Part shown: in pieces, positions 10,726 to 19,317 of the stretch | Position numbering within the stretch: the first letter of the stretch is position 1 | How the letters are laid out: each line of letters begins with the position of its first letter | Source of the DNA: Spirochaetales bacterium | GTDB lineage: Bacteria > Spirochaetota > Spirochaetia > JABEVK01 | Reading direction: 5' to 3' | Assembly (NCBI GenBank): GCA_037142615.1 | Contig: JBAXAI010000015.1 | Location: forward strand, 24,986-88,985 | DNA: 64,000 nt | The notes under the pieces: model-generated | Database searches by the model: none | Told to the model about the DNA's origin: nothing | What the model saw: the letters and a program-made list of their open reading frames with translations, nothing else | Translations under genes and position numbers: made by a program

Positions 10726-11846
10726 GGGGTGTCTCCAAGGAGGGAACCGATCAGCCCGGGGCTTCCGTTGACGAAACTCCGGTAGTCCAAGCTTTTCCTG
10801 GCCGGAAGCTGAAGTTCCCGGACGACCAGAAAACCGTCCCCTGTTTTTACCAAAATGCCGCTTTCCTTGTCTAGGCTCAAAACAGTCCCCGGTGGGGACT
10901 GTTTTGAGCCTACAGAAGCACCGGATGGCGCTTCTGTCCGGCCATTGCCCGGTGGGGACTGTTTTGAGCCTACAGAAGCACCGGATGGCGCTTCTGTCCG
11001 GCCATTGCCCGGTGGGGACTGTTTTGAGCCTACAGAAGCGCCGTATGGCGCTTCTGTCCGGCTCAAGTTGTCGCCGTATGGCGCTTCTGTCCGGCCAACG
11101 GCGTCGTAGACCCTCGAGTCCCAGATTGTTAGTTTTTGGCCGTTCCACATGGTGAAGGCGCCGGGCCAGGGGTTGCACGCACGCACCAGGGCATCGAGCT
11201 CGCGCGCGCTTCGGGTCCAGTCGAGGCGTCCGTCGGCCTTTTGAACCAAGTGGCAGTAGGTGGCCAAGTTGGAATCCTGAGCGACGGCTTTGGCGAGGAA
11301 CTCAGGCAAGGCGGCGAGTGTGTCGACCAGCGCGGAGGCTGCCGCGTCGGCCGCCCACAAGGTCAGGCTGGCCGTGGTCTCGTGGCCGCCCAGCGGAAGC
11401 CGACGTTGCAGAACAACGTCGCCGGTGTCCATTTCCAGCGCCAGTTTTTGGATGCTGAGGCCCGTTTCGGTGTCGCCTGCGGCCAGCGCTGCAGACAAAG
11501 GGGAAGGCCCCCGCCACCGGGGCAGCAGCGAAGGGTGCACATTGAGGCCTCCTTGCGGGAACAGCGCCAAGAACTTCGGACCGAAGATCTTACCAAACGC
11601 GAAGCTGATCAAAAGGTCAAACCGCCCGTCCAGAAGGGTACGAACCGCAGCATCGAGTTTCTCGGCGCGTATCACCTCGAGACCCAGGACCGAGGCACGC
11701 TGGTCGATTTCTGAGGGAGTCAGCCTGCCACCACGGCCCGTTGGAGCTGGCGGGTTAGTCAGCACAGCGACCCGATAGCCGGCTGACACCAAGGCCTCGA
11801 GGGCGGGTACGGCAATCGAAGGAGTTGCCGCAAAAAGGATTCTCAT
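10722..11846 (-). CDS. fmt: Methionyl-tRNA formyltransferase with in-frame repeat insertion
   Basis: LNVHPSLLPRWRGPSP, MDTGD, RACNPWPGA; lies downstream of def. Confidence 0.96.
   Translation of the reverse strand: MRILFAATPSIAVPALEALVSAGYRVAVLTNPPAPTGRGGRLTPSEIDQRASVLGLEVIRAEKLDAAVRTLLDGRFDLLISFAFGKIFGPKFLALFPQGGLNVHPSLLPRWRGPSPLSAALAAGDTETGLSIQKLALEMDTGDVVLQRRLPLGGHETTASLTLWAADAAASALVDTLAALPEFLAKAVAQDSNLATYCHLVQKADGRLDWTRSARELDALVRACNPWPGAFTMWNGQKLTIWDSRVYDAVGRTEAPYGDNLSRTEAPYGASVGSKQSPPGNGRTEAPSGASVGSKQSPPGNGRTEAPSGASVGSKQSPPGTVLSLDKESGILVKTGDGFLVVRELQLPARKSLDYRSFVNGSPGLIGSLLGDTP
10872..11097. repeat. 60-bp tandem repeat (x~2.9 plus a partial copy) built from hairpins, inside fmt
   Basis: Units start at 10888, 10948 and 11008; partial copy 11072-11097; perfect 19-bp-arm palindrome 10872-10912. 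Confidence 0.95.
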
Positions 11847-12328
11847 TTTTTAAGGTTCTTCTCGTACTGCGCCAAGAGGCGGCTTCGTTTCATTTCGTTG
11901 AGATAATCGATGAACAGCACACCCTTGAGATGGTCGAACTCGTGCTGAAACACCCGCGCCAGCAGGTCGTCACACTCCATCTTGATCCGCCGGCCTTTGG
12001 CATTGAAGGCCTGAATCTGAATCGCCACCGGGCGAACCACTTCTTCGTACATGCCGGGGATGGAGAGGCAGCCTTCCTCGTACGCCATCGTTTCGACGCT
12101 CGTGCCGACAATCTCGGGGTTGATGAACACCAGCGGTTTACCCTCTTCCACCTGCAGCACGAAGATCGATTGGAGCGAACCCACCTGGGGCGCCGCCAGC
12201 CCGATGCCTCGACCTTCGACCATCGTGGTGATCATTGCGTCGGTGAACTCTTTGAGCTCTTTGTCAAAGTTGACTACCGGAGTCGTCTTTTGTCGCAGTA
12301 TGTCCGCCGGATACTTCACAATTTCCAT
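11843..12328 (-). CDS. def: Peptide deformylase
   Basis: GIGLAAPQVG, EGCLSIP, QHEFDHL. Confidence 0.98.
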   Translation of the reverse strand: MEIVKYPADILRQKTTPVVNFDKELKEFTDAMITTMVEGRGIGLAAPQVGSLQSIFVLQVEEGKPLVFINPEIVGTSVETMAYEEGCLSIPGMYEEVVRPVAIQIQAFNAKGRRIKMECDDLLARVFQHEFDHLKGVLFIDYLNEMKRSRLLAQYEKNLKK

Positions 12329-12402
12329 AGGCGGACCAGCTTACCCAGATTTTCTGGTAATTTCCAGACACCCTCGGTATACTTGACCCTAGGAGACCAA
12401 CC

Positions 12403-13251
12403 ATGAAAACGATGATTGTGCTACTGGCCGGAGTCCTGCTCCTCTCCGGATGTGCCAATATTTTTGACTCGAATTACCTCGGGGCTTTTGACGCTCCGCC
12501 GGCGCTGGACGCGGCCTCGTACACGTCGATGGACCCAACGACGCTGATCGGTGACGTGAATAGTGCCATCAAGAACAGCGATCCGACCTTTTTCAACCAG
12601 TTGAAGGGTGACGCCACTGCGTTGAAGAACGTGCAAGACAATCTTGCGGCGGAAATGAACAAAACGGCAGTAACGCCGGCCGAAAGAACGGCGCAAGCAA
12701 ACGCCGCCAAGGCGTTCATTGCTGTAACCGCGAACTCGACCGAGACCTTGGCCGTCGCGAACTTGGCGGTACCCGAGTTGCTGAAGTTAGCCGCGCCTGG
12801 CGGCGCCTCAGGAACAACCGATCCAGCCGCGCTGGCGAAGGGCTTCTTTCAGGGGATGACCGACGCCGAAGTGACTTCGACCCTCGAGAGCATGCTGTCG
12901 ATTTCGACCGCGATGTCGACGTTGTCGGCAGCCACCGATAGCTCGACTGACTTCTTGAGTGGAACCTCCTCAGGCGACGTGACCCAGGTCGGCGTGATCG
13001 CCGCGGCGGCAACCGCGCTGATGAGTTGTGCCGGCGAAGACCTGACCACCCCCGAGGGTAAAGCCGCTGCGGCTCTGAAGGTGGTGAACATGCTCAATGA
13101 TCCCGACCCCACGGCCTACGCGACAGCGAACTTTACGGGTTTGGATTCTGAAATCAGCAAGCTTACCTCTGCACTCGACCCCACTCAGACCCCCGATCCC
13201 AAGTACGCCTACCTCGGGGACCTGGGCCTGTCGAGCCTGCTAGGTCAATAA
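12403..13251 (+). CDS. Lipoprotein, unknown function
   Basis: Signal peptide with LSGC lipobox; AGGAG RBS; Ala/Thr-rich, helical-looking sequence. Confidence 0.85.
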   Translation: MKTMIVLLAGVLLLSGCANIFDSNYLGAFDAPPALDAASYTSMDPTTLIGDVNSAIKNSDPTFFNQLKGDATALKNVQDNLAAEMNKTAVTPAERTAQANAAKAFIAVTANSTETLAVANLAVPELLKLAAPGGASGTTDPAALAKGFFQGMTDAEVTSTLESMLSISTAMSTLSAATDSSTDFLSGTSSGDVTQVGVIAAAATALMSCAGEDLTTPEGKAAAALKVVNMLNDPDPTAYATANFTGLDSEISKLTSALDPTQTPDPKYAYLGDLGLSSLLGQ

Positions 13252-13263
13252 GGGAGTACGACC

Positions 13264-14418
13264 ATGAAACGCAACAAACTAGTTCTTGCCGTGCTGCTGT
13301 CGCTAGCCGCCACCTTGGCTTACGCAGCCGATACCTATACCCTCCCCGCATTCGCTCCCGTCGGGCCGGAAGTCAAAGCCCAGGGCGGCGCCTTTACGGC
13401 CGTGTCGAACGGGTTCAATGGCCTTTTTTTCAACCCGGCCGGCTTCGCGACCAACCAAAACAGCCTGACAATTCTGGGCGTCAACCCCACGGCCAACGTG
13501 GCTTTGAGCCGCATCAACGACGTGATTGTCTTTTCGCAGACTGCTGACTGGGCGAATCCCGACATCGGGGCGATCGCAGACGCGCTCACCGACATCATCA
13601 CCCTGGAAGGCATTGGTTTCCAGGCCAATGCCGGCTTGGGCTGGGTCGGTTCGGGGCTCGGTTTGGGTATCGCGGCCCAAACCTCGGTTTACGCCCGAGG
13701 AACAACGGTGCTCGGCACCAAGATTGCCGCCGACCTGATCGAGGGAGCCGTGATCGGCTACGCCCTCCCAATTGACCTCGCCTTCTCGACGGTGAAGGTC
13801 GGGCTCGATATTCGGCCGATGCAGCGTACCTACGGTGAGTTCGACCTTTCGAGCGCGACGGCGGCAATGAAAGACCTGACAGCCTTGACGATGGCCAATG
13901 GCTTTGGCCTCGGCTTCGACCTCGGCGTCATCGCCGACTTTGGCCCCTTCGACGTGGGAATCTCTGTTCGCGACCTCGGGGGCACCCACTACGCGATGAA
14001 GACCTACTCGGTGGCCGATATTGCCACTGCGGCGACCTTCACTGCCGGCGCAGGCAAAGATACCCTGTATGATTACGTGACGCCGATGACCATCAACACC
14101 GGCTTTGCTTACACCCCCGACTTTGGCCTGCTGGGTGTTCTGATCCAGCCACGCTTTACGGGCGATCTGAACATTCCAATGGTTCCTGTGGCCGAGATGC
14201 CTTCCTTGCTGGCCAGCAGCCATCTGGGAGTCGAAGTAAAGTTGTTGTCGTTCCTGACCTTGCGTGGAGGCCTAAATCAGGGCTGGGTGACGGCCGGTTT
14301 GGGAGCGCACCTGTTGTTCCTCGACGCCAACATCGCGATCTATTCCGACGAGTTGGGCCGCTACACCGGCACCGCTAGGAAGCCCGGCGTCGCCGCCGAA
14401 GTAGCCCTTCGCTTCTAG
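13264..14418 (+). CDS. Outer-membrane beta-barrel, FadL/PorV/TraF-like
   Basis: Signal peptide, AQGGAFTAVSNGFNGLFFNPAG N-terminal motif, alternating beta strands, C-terminal Phe. Confidence 0.75.
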   Translation: MKRNKLVLAVLLSLAATLAYAADTYTLPAFAPVGPEVKAQGGAFTAVSNGFNGLFFNPAGFATNQNSLTILGVNPTANVALSRINDVIVFSQTADWANPDIGAIADALTDIITLEGIGFQANAGLGWVGSGLGLGIAAQTSVYARGTTVLGTKIAADLIEGAVIGYALPIDLAFSTVKVGLDIRPMQRTYGEFDLSSATAAMKDLTALTMANGFGLGFDLGVIADFGPFDVGISVRDLGGTHYAMKTYSVADIATAATFTAGAGKDTLYDYVTPMTINTGFAYTPDFGLLGVLIQPRFTGDLNIPMVPVAEMPSLLASSHLGVEVKLLSFLTLRGGLNQGWVTAGLGAHLLFLDANIAIYSDELGRYTGTARKPGVAAEVALRF

Positions 14419-14439
14419 TCCCATCCACCATCCATCGCC

Positions 14440-14469
14440 TTGACAAACGGAGAGAACTTTTCGTATAGT
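14440..14469 (+). promoter_or_regulatory. tRNA operon promoter
   Basis: TTGACA-18bp-TATAGT. Confidence 0.75.
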
Positions 14470-14483
14470 TCTCTCCGTTCATC

Positions 14484-14556
14484 GGGCTGGTAGCTCAGCA
14501 GGTAGAGCACCGCCCTTTTAAGGCGAGGGTCACAGGTTCGAATCCTGTCCAGCTCA
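14484..14556 (+). tRNA. tRNA-Lys(TTT)
   Basis: Cloverleaf, anticodon loop cTTTTaa, GGTTCGAATCC T-arm. Confidence 0.95.
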
Positions 14557-14573
14557 AGTTCGATGTTCCGCGC

Positions 14574-14645
14574 GCCTCCTTCGTCTAGTGGTTAGGACAG
14601 TGGATTTTCATTCCACCAACACGGGTTCGATCCCCGTAGGAGGTA
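14574..14645 (+). tRNA. tRNA-Glu(TTC) copy 1
   Basis: gtgga-ttTTCat-tccac anticodon arm, GGTTCGATCCC. Confidence 0.95.
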
Positions 14646-14651
14646 CTTTCA

Positions 14652-14678
14652 GGACGGCTTAACGCCGCCCTTTTTTTT
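14652..14678 (+). terminator. Intrinsic terminator-like hairpin between the tRNA-Glu copies
   Basis: ggacggc-ttaac-gccgccc followed by T8. Confidence 0.6.
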
Positions 14679-14687
14679 GCCAGTCGC

Positions 14688-14759
14688 GCCTCCTTCGTCT
14701 AGTGGTTAGGACAGTGGATTTTCATTCCACCAACACGGGTTCGATCCCCGTAGGAGGTA
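14688..14759 (+). tRNA. tRNA-Glu(TTC) copy 2
   Basis: Identical 72-nt copy of 14574-14645. Confidence 0.95.
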
Positions 14760-14826
14760 TTACTTCCCATTCCCGGGTCGGCCGTGCGAAGATGACCTTG
14801 GAACTGGGTTTCCAGAGGAGTTTGGG

Positions 14827-16014
14827 TTGCGGATTGCCTTTACGACCGACGCGTTCTGGCCGCGGATCAACGGCGTCACTGTTTCGACACAGACGTTTCT
14901 GGACGAACTGACTCGCCGTGGCCACGCACTGAACTTGTGGGCACCTACGTATCCGCTGACCCCGGAAGAGCGGGCTAAACCTGTTTACGGAGACCCTCGC
15001 TACCACCGGATGAAGTCCTTTGGGGTGGCTGTATCCAAAGAGGACTACCTGACCAGCCCCTTTGAGATGAAGCGCTTCACTCGCGAAATGAACGCGTTTG
15101 CTCCCGACCTGATTCACTGCCAGACGGAGTTCAGCCTGGCGTGGTTTGCCCGGCCGTATGCCAAGTTGCGCCGCATTCCGCTGGTGATGTCTTGTCATAC
15201 CTACTTCGAACAGTACATCGAGTATTTCCTCCCATTTCTCAACGTCCGCTTCGCCAAATGGTTCGCACGTGAAATCACCCGCTTTCTCTTTTGGCACGCC
15301 GAGACCATCATCACCCCCACTCAGGCGATGAAGGCCGTGCTGCAGTCGTACGGCTTGCGTTGCCCGATCCACGTGATTCCCACGGGAATTCGCGCCGAAG
15401 ATTTTGCCGGAGTCTCCAAGGAAAGAAGGGACGAGGACCCCTTCCTGAAGGCGCACCCCGAGCTCCAAGGACGCAGGCTGCTTCTGGCCGTCGGGCGTCT
15501 GGGCCAAGAGAAGAACGTCGACTTTTTGCTGAAGGTCGTCCAGAACCTGCAAACCGACCATGCCAACACCACGCTCCTGGTTGCCGGAAACGGTCCTTAC
15601 ATGGACCAATTCAAAAAGAACATCCACGCCATGGGACTCGACAAGGTTGTCAGATGCCTGGGGTACGTCCGCCGCTCGGAACTCAAGCACCTGTACGCGC
15701 TGGCCGACGTGTTCACGTTCGCGAGCGTCACCGAGACGCAGGGGCTGGTCACCCTCGAGGCGATGATGTGCCACACTCCGGTCGTGGCTATTGGCAAAAT
15801 GGGCACCAAAGAGGTCATGCAAGGCGACAATGGTGGCTTCATGGTGAGCGAGGACGTGCAGGAGTTCGCCGACCGGGTAAGGCAACTGCTCGATGATCCG
15901 GAGCTCTACCGGAGCAAGTGCGCCGAGGCTTGGGAATACAGCCAGAACTGGACCGCCAGCAAGATGGCCGAACGCCTCGAAACCCTCTACAGGGGCCTGC
16001 TCAAGAAGGCCTGA
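14827..16014 (+). CDS. GT4 glycosyltransferase (diacylglycerol glucosyltransferase-like)
   Basis: FTTDAFWPRINGV, HTYFEQY, VGRLGQEKN, ETQGLVTLEAM. Confidence 0.92.
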   Translation: MRIAFTTDAFWPRINGVTVSTQTFLDELTRRGHALNLWAPTYPLTPEERAKPVYGDPRYHRMKSFGVAVSKEDYLTSPFEMKRFTREMNAFAPDLIHCQTEFSLAWFARPYAKLRRIPLVMSCHTYFEQYIEYFLPFLNVRFAKWFAREITRFLFWHAETIITPTQAMKAVLQSYGLRCPIHVIPTGIRAEDFAGVSKERRDEDPFLKAHPELQGRRLLLAVGRLGQEKNVDFLLKVVQNLQTDHANTTLLVAGNGPYMDQFKKNIHAMGLDKVVRCLGYVRRSELKHLYALADVFTFASVTETQGLVTLEAMMCHTPVVAIGKMGTKEVMQGDNGGFMVSEDVQEFADRVRQLLDDPELYRSKCAEAWEYSQNWTASKMAERLETLYRGLLKKA

Positions 16015-16961
16015 AGGACCGCCAGCGCCTGTTCGTGGTTGCCAGTTTGCATCAACCGGTCGCGTAGCCCGAGCGCTCCGTCAAACCCGACAGTGTAGTT
16101 CTTGAAGAACTTCTTGAGCTTGTGATAGTCCTTGGACGTTTGCCACGCGTCGCGATGATCTCGAACGTGTCGAACCAGCAGGTTGAGTTTCTCGTCGCGG
16201 TCCCACTCGGGGTAGGGCCGATAGCCTTGCTGGCGAAAGATCCCCACATCAGCGAAGACGCCTCGTCCGATCATCACGCCGTCAACTTGCGAGGCGTCAA
16301 GCTTTGTTGCCAGGGATTCCCGAGTCACGTCACCGTTGCCGACAACTGCGGTCGCGAGACCTTTGGCGTTTCGCAGGGCTACGACCACGGCGATCTGAGT
16401 CCAGTCAGCCAACCCTTCCGACTTTTGCTTCACGGTGCGACCGTGAACCGTGAGCGCGGCCAGGTCTTGGTCCAGCAGGTGACCGCACCAAAGCTCGGTT
16501 TCGGGCCGACTCCAGCCGATCCGGGTCTTCACACTCACGGGCAGCTCACCCGCTCCTTCTTTTGTGGCCGCGATCAGTTCTGCTGCCAGGGCGGGAAACC
16601 GAATGAGGGCGCTGCAGGCCCCCTTCCGGGAGATTTTTTTGACCGGGCAGCCCATGTTGATATCGATGCCCGCGAAGCCCAGGTCGCGACACAGCCTTGC
16701 CGCCTTTTCGAGCGCCACCGGATCGCTGCCCCAGATTTGGGCTACCAAGGGCCGGCGCGCCAGTTCGCCCTCGCCGACCACCAGACGCTGAAGTGCACGC
16801 TCCGGTTTGGCAGACGTCAGAATTTCTGCTGAGGTGAACTCGGTCATGAGAACATCGGGCTCACCTTGGTCGCAAACAAGGCGCCGGTACACGTGGTCGG
16901 TGACGTCTTCCATGGGGGCAAGCACGGTGAAAGGGCGCGGAAGCGTGGACCAAAAATTCAT
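15987..16961 (-). CDS. dus: tRNA-dihydrouridine synthase
   Basis: LAPMEDVTD, DINMGCP, TVHGRT, GNGDV, MIGRG. Confidence 0.95.
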   Translation of the reverse strand: MNFWSTLPRPFTVLAPMEDVTDHVYRRLVCDQGEPDVLMTEFTSAEILTSAKPERALQRLVVGEGELARRPLVAQIWGSDPVALEKAARLCRDLGFAGIDINMGCPVKKISRKGACSALIRFPALAAELIAATKEGAGELPVSVKTRIGWSRPETELWCGHLLDQDLAALTVHGRTVKQKSEGLADWTQIAVVVALRNAKGLATAVVGNGDVTRESLATKLDASQVDGVMIGRGVFADVGIFRQQGYRPYPEWDRDEKLNLLVRHVRDHRDAWQTSKDYHKLKKFFKNYTVGFDGALGLRDRLMQTGNHEQALAVLQAFLSRPL

Positions 16962-17005
16962 GGCGAGAACTTAGCCCAAGCGCGGCCCGCCTGTAAAGTC
17001 GATTC

Positions 17006-17034
17006 TTGACTTTTGGTGACCGGGTCGCTATGAT
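17006..17034 (+). promoter_or_regulatory. tRNA-Val promoter
   Basis: TTGACT-17bp-TATGAT. Confidence 0.75.
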
Positions 17035-17045
17035 GATGTTCGTTC

Positions 17046-17118
17046 GGGCGATTAACTCAGTGGTTAGAGTGCTACCTTCACACGGTAGAAGTCCCAAGTT
17101 CGAATCTTGGATCGCTCA
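17046..17118 (+). tRNA. tRNA-Val(CAC)
   Basis: ctacc-ttCACac-ggtag anticodon arm, T-arm AGTTCGAATCT. Confidence 0.95.
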
Positions 17119-17133
17119 AAGTTCAATGGTAGA

Positions 17134-17190
17134 ACAAAAAAGCCGGACTTTCTTGTGCCCTTGGGGGTACAGGATGTCCGGTTTTTTTGT
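17134..17190. terminator. Bidirectional intrinsic terminator
   Basis: acaaaaaagccggac...gtccggtttttttgt between the convergent tRNA-Val and SDR genes. Confidence 0.8.
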
Positions 17191-17198
17191 TGGCTGCG

Positions 17199-18062
17199 TC
17201 AGATCCCCGACGTCCGCGAGCATTCCTGCCAAACCCGCACCCGGGCCGCAGGGTTGGTGACCGCAGCCGGCACGACAACCTGGCGGCAGTTGGTGTCGAC
17301 GTAAATCCCGGTGTGACCGGCCATTTCGGGGGACGACGCCAAGTACACTGACGAGCGTGAAGCCTTGGCCGCTGACTTGCCTCCATCGGGCCTCACCACC
17401 CAGCGGAACAAGGGAAAAATCAACTTGAGCGGCCCCGGCAGCATGTCACGGGTGACGCCTTGGGTCATCGCCGTGGCGGCCTGCCCGGGGTAGCCCACGT
17501 TGAGGGTCACCCCCTGGGTCTCCCGCTGCGCAAACTCCTGCATCATCGCCAGCATGGCCAGCTTCGACTGCGAATACGAGTTCAGGCCGTCGAAGCCGTG
17601 CTCTGCCTGCAGGTTGTCGAGGTCCAGAGTTTTTGGTACATCACCGCCCATCACGGTGACCACGCGGCCGCTGCCGCTGGCCTTGAGCCGGTCGAGCAGC
17701 AGGTGGGTCAAAAGATAAGGCGCAACCACGTTGACGGCGAAGTTGGTCTCCAGACCGTCGACGGTGAGCTTGCGGCTCGGTGCGGCGCTTCCGGCGTTAT
17801 TGACCAGCACGTCGAGGCGGTCGAAACGTGACAGCACTTCGTCGGCCAGCGCGCGCACCCCGGCCAGCGACGACAAATCGCCGACGACGAGCTCAACCTT
17901 CGGGTTACCGCTCTCGCGCCGGAGCTCCTCGATGGCCGCCTGGCCGCTGGCAGGATTTCGGCCGGTCACGACCACGCGCGCCCCGAGTTTCGCCAGGCCC
18001 AGGGCGCTCTGGCGCCCGATGCCCGCCGTCGCCCCGGTGATCAGGACAGTTTTTCCGTTCAT
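17199..18062 (-). CDS. Short-chain dehydrogenase/reductase
   Basis: TGATAGIG, NNAG, YSQSK. Confidence 0.93.
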   Translation of the reverse strand: MNGKTVLITGATAGIGRQSALGLAKLGARVVVTGRNPASGQAAIEELRRESGNPKVELVVGDLSSLAGVRALADEVLSRFDRLDVLVNNAGSAAPSRKLTVDGLETNFAVNVVAPYLLTHLLLDRLKASGSGRVVTVMGGDVPKTLDLDNLQAEHGFDGLNSYSQSKLAMLAMMQEFAQRETQGVTLNVGYPGQAATAMTQGVTRDMLPGPLKLIFPLFRWVVRPDGGKSAAKASRSSVYLASSPEMAGHTGIYVDTNCRQVVVPAAVTNPAARVRVWQECSRTSGI

Positions 18063-18443
18063 TTTTGCTCCATTTCAGCCGCAACACCACTTCGAACTCC
18101 CCGTGTGCGAGCCCAAACTTATCCTGAAGGTCGCGCAAAAAAGCCCATCATGCGGCTGTAGGCCCACAAAAGGCCTCCCCACGAGTCTTGTTCCGGCTTG
18201 CTACTACATGCTGAAGCATACATGAATTCCAGGACGATCTGCCGGTCTTTCTTAGGAATTTGCCTGAGCGAAGCCGGTGGGTCCCCGCTGCGGGGCTCTT
18301 ATGATGCTCGTGGAAGTGATCCTCGTCGTCACCATGTTCCGCCTCATGGGCGAACGCGACGCAGTTATCCCTTTCACATTGTCTTCCTCATCCGCTTCCG
18401 GTATTTTGGAAGTCTGACCCAGCAGCGAGCCAAGGAGCGTGAA

Positions 18444-19139
18444 ATGACGGTTCCCACCGTGGAAGAGATTCTCAAACAGGACTTGGACTTGATGCGGCGC
18501 TGCCCGTCGGGCAAGGACTGCCGGTCGTGCGAGCTGGGCGTGTGCGTGCGGCTGGTGTCGTCGGCCGATTTTCCCAGCGAGTGGGGGCATTTCCGCATCC
18601 TCGGGTTTGTGAACAACCGCGACGGCAAGGACCATGTGGTCATCCTCAAGGGCGAAATCGGCGACGGCGAGAACCTGCTGACGCGGGTGCACTCGGCGTG
18701 CCTGACCGGCGATTCCCTGGGCAGCCAGCGCTGCGATTGTGGACCCCAGCTGCGCTTGGCGCTGCAGACCATCGAGCGCGAGGGGCGCGGTCTGGTTTTG
18801 TACCACCAGGAAGAAGGCCGGGGCATCGGGCTGGTGAACAAACTGCGCGCCTACGCCCTGCAAGACGTCGGCTACGACACCATCGATGCCAACCTGGCCC
18901 TTGGCTTTGGCGCCGACCAGCGCGACTACGCGATTCCCGCCGAAATGCTGCGTCGGATCGGCGTCAAAAGCGTGCGCCTGATGACCAACAACCCCGAAAA
19001 AGTAGAGCACCTCGAAAAGTACGGCATCCGCGTGAGCGAACGCGTGCAACACGAGCTACCTTCGCACACCCACGTGCAGCACTACCTCGAGACCAAAAAG
19101 GACCGCTTCGGTCACCTGCTCAAGCTCGACCACGTCTAG
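18444..19139 (+). CDS. ribA: GTP cyclohydrolase II with Cys-rich N-terminal extension
   Basis: RVHSACLTGDSLGSQRCDCG, EGRGIGL, LMTNNPEK; AAGGAG RBS. Confidence 0.93.
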   Translation: MTVPTVEEILKQDLDLMRRCPSGKDCRSCELGVCVRLVSSADFPSEWGHFRILGFVNNRDGKDHVVILKGEIGDGENLLTRVHSACLTGDSLGSQRCDCGPQLRLALQTIEREGRGLVLYHQEEGRGIGLVNKLRAYALQDVGYDTIDANLALGFGADQRDYAIPAEMLRRIGVKSVRLMTNNPEKVEHLEKYGIRVSERVQHELPSHTHVQHYLETKKDRFGHLLKLDHV

Positions 19140-19317
19140 GTTGGCGTCACGGTTCCGCAAGGAACTCTACCGTCGCCGAGCGAAACGGCCTCGGCGGCGG
19201 TGAGGGAGCGTGTGCAAGGTCCTTTCAGGCTTGAGTCTGACCCCTACGGCATTAAGAAACTGCGGAGCCGGGAGTGGTGCAGCTATGTTACGATAGGAAA
19301 CCTGAGGAGAACCTGTG

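Noticed and set aside
10888-11062. CRISPR array (the unit contains GTTTTGAGCCTAC, reminiscent of type II repeats)
   Set aside because: The inter-repeat segments are near-identical rather than unique, the array is in frame within fmt, and there are no cas genes in the window.
10726-11178. N-terminal extension of the PASTA ORF with CRLKTVPTG repeats
   Set aside because: Alternative-frame read of the fmt repeat; the ATG at 10725 overlapping the fmt stop is the plausible start.
18200-18443. FMN riboswitch upstream of ribA
   Set aside because: Conserved RFN segments (AGGGTGAAATTCCC, AGTCCGGATG) are not seen.
19150-19202. Hairpins after ribA (gttcc-gcaa-ggaac; accgtcgccgag...ctcggcggcggt) as a repeat family or ncRNA
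   Set aside because: Single occurrence in the window; explained adequately as a 3' stabilising/terminator stem.
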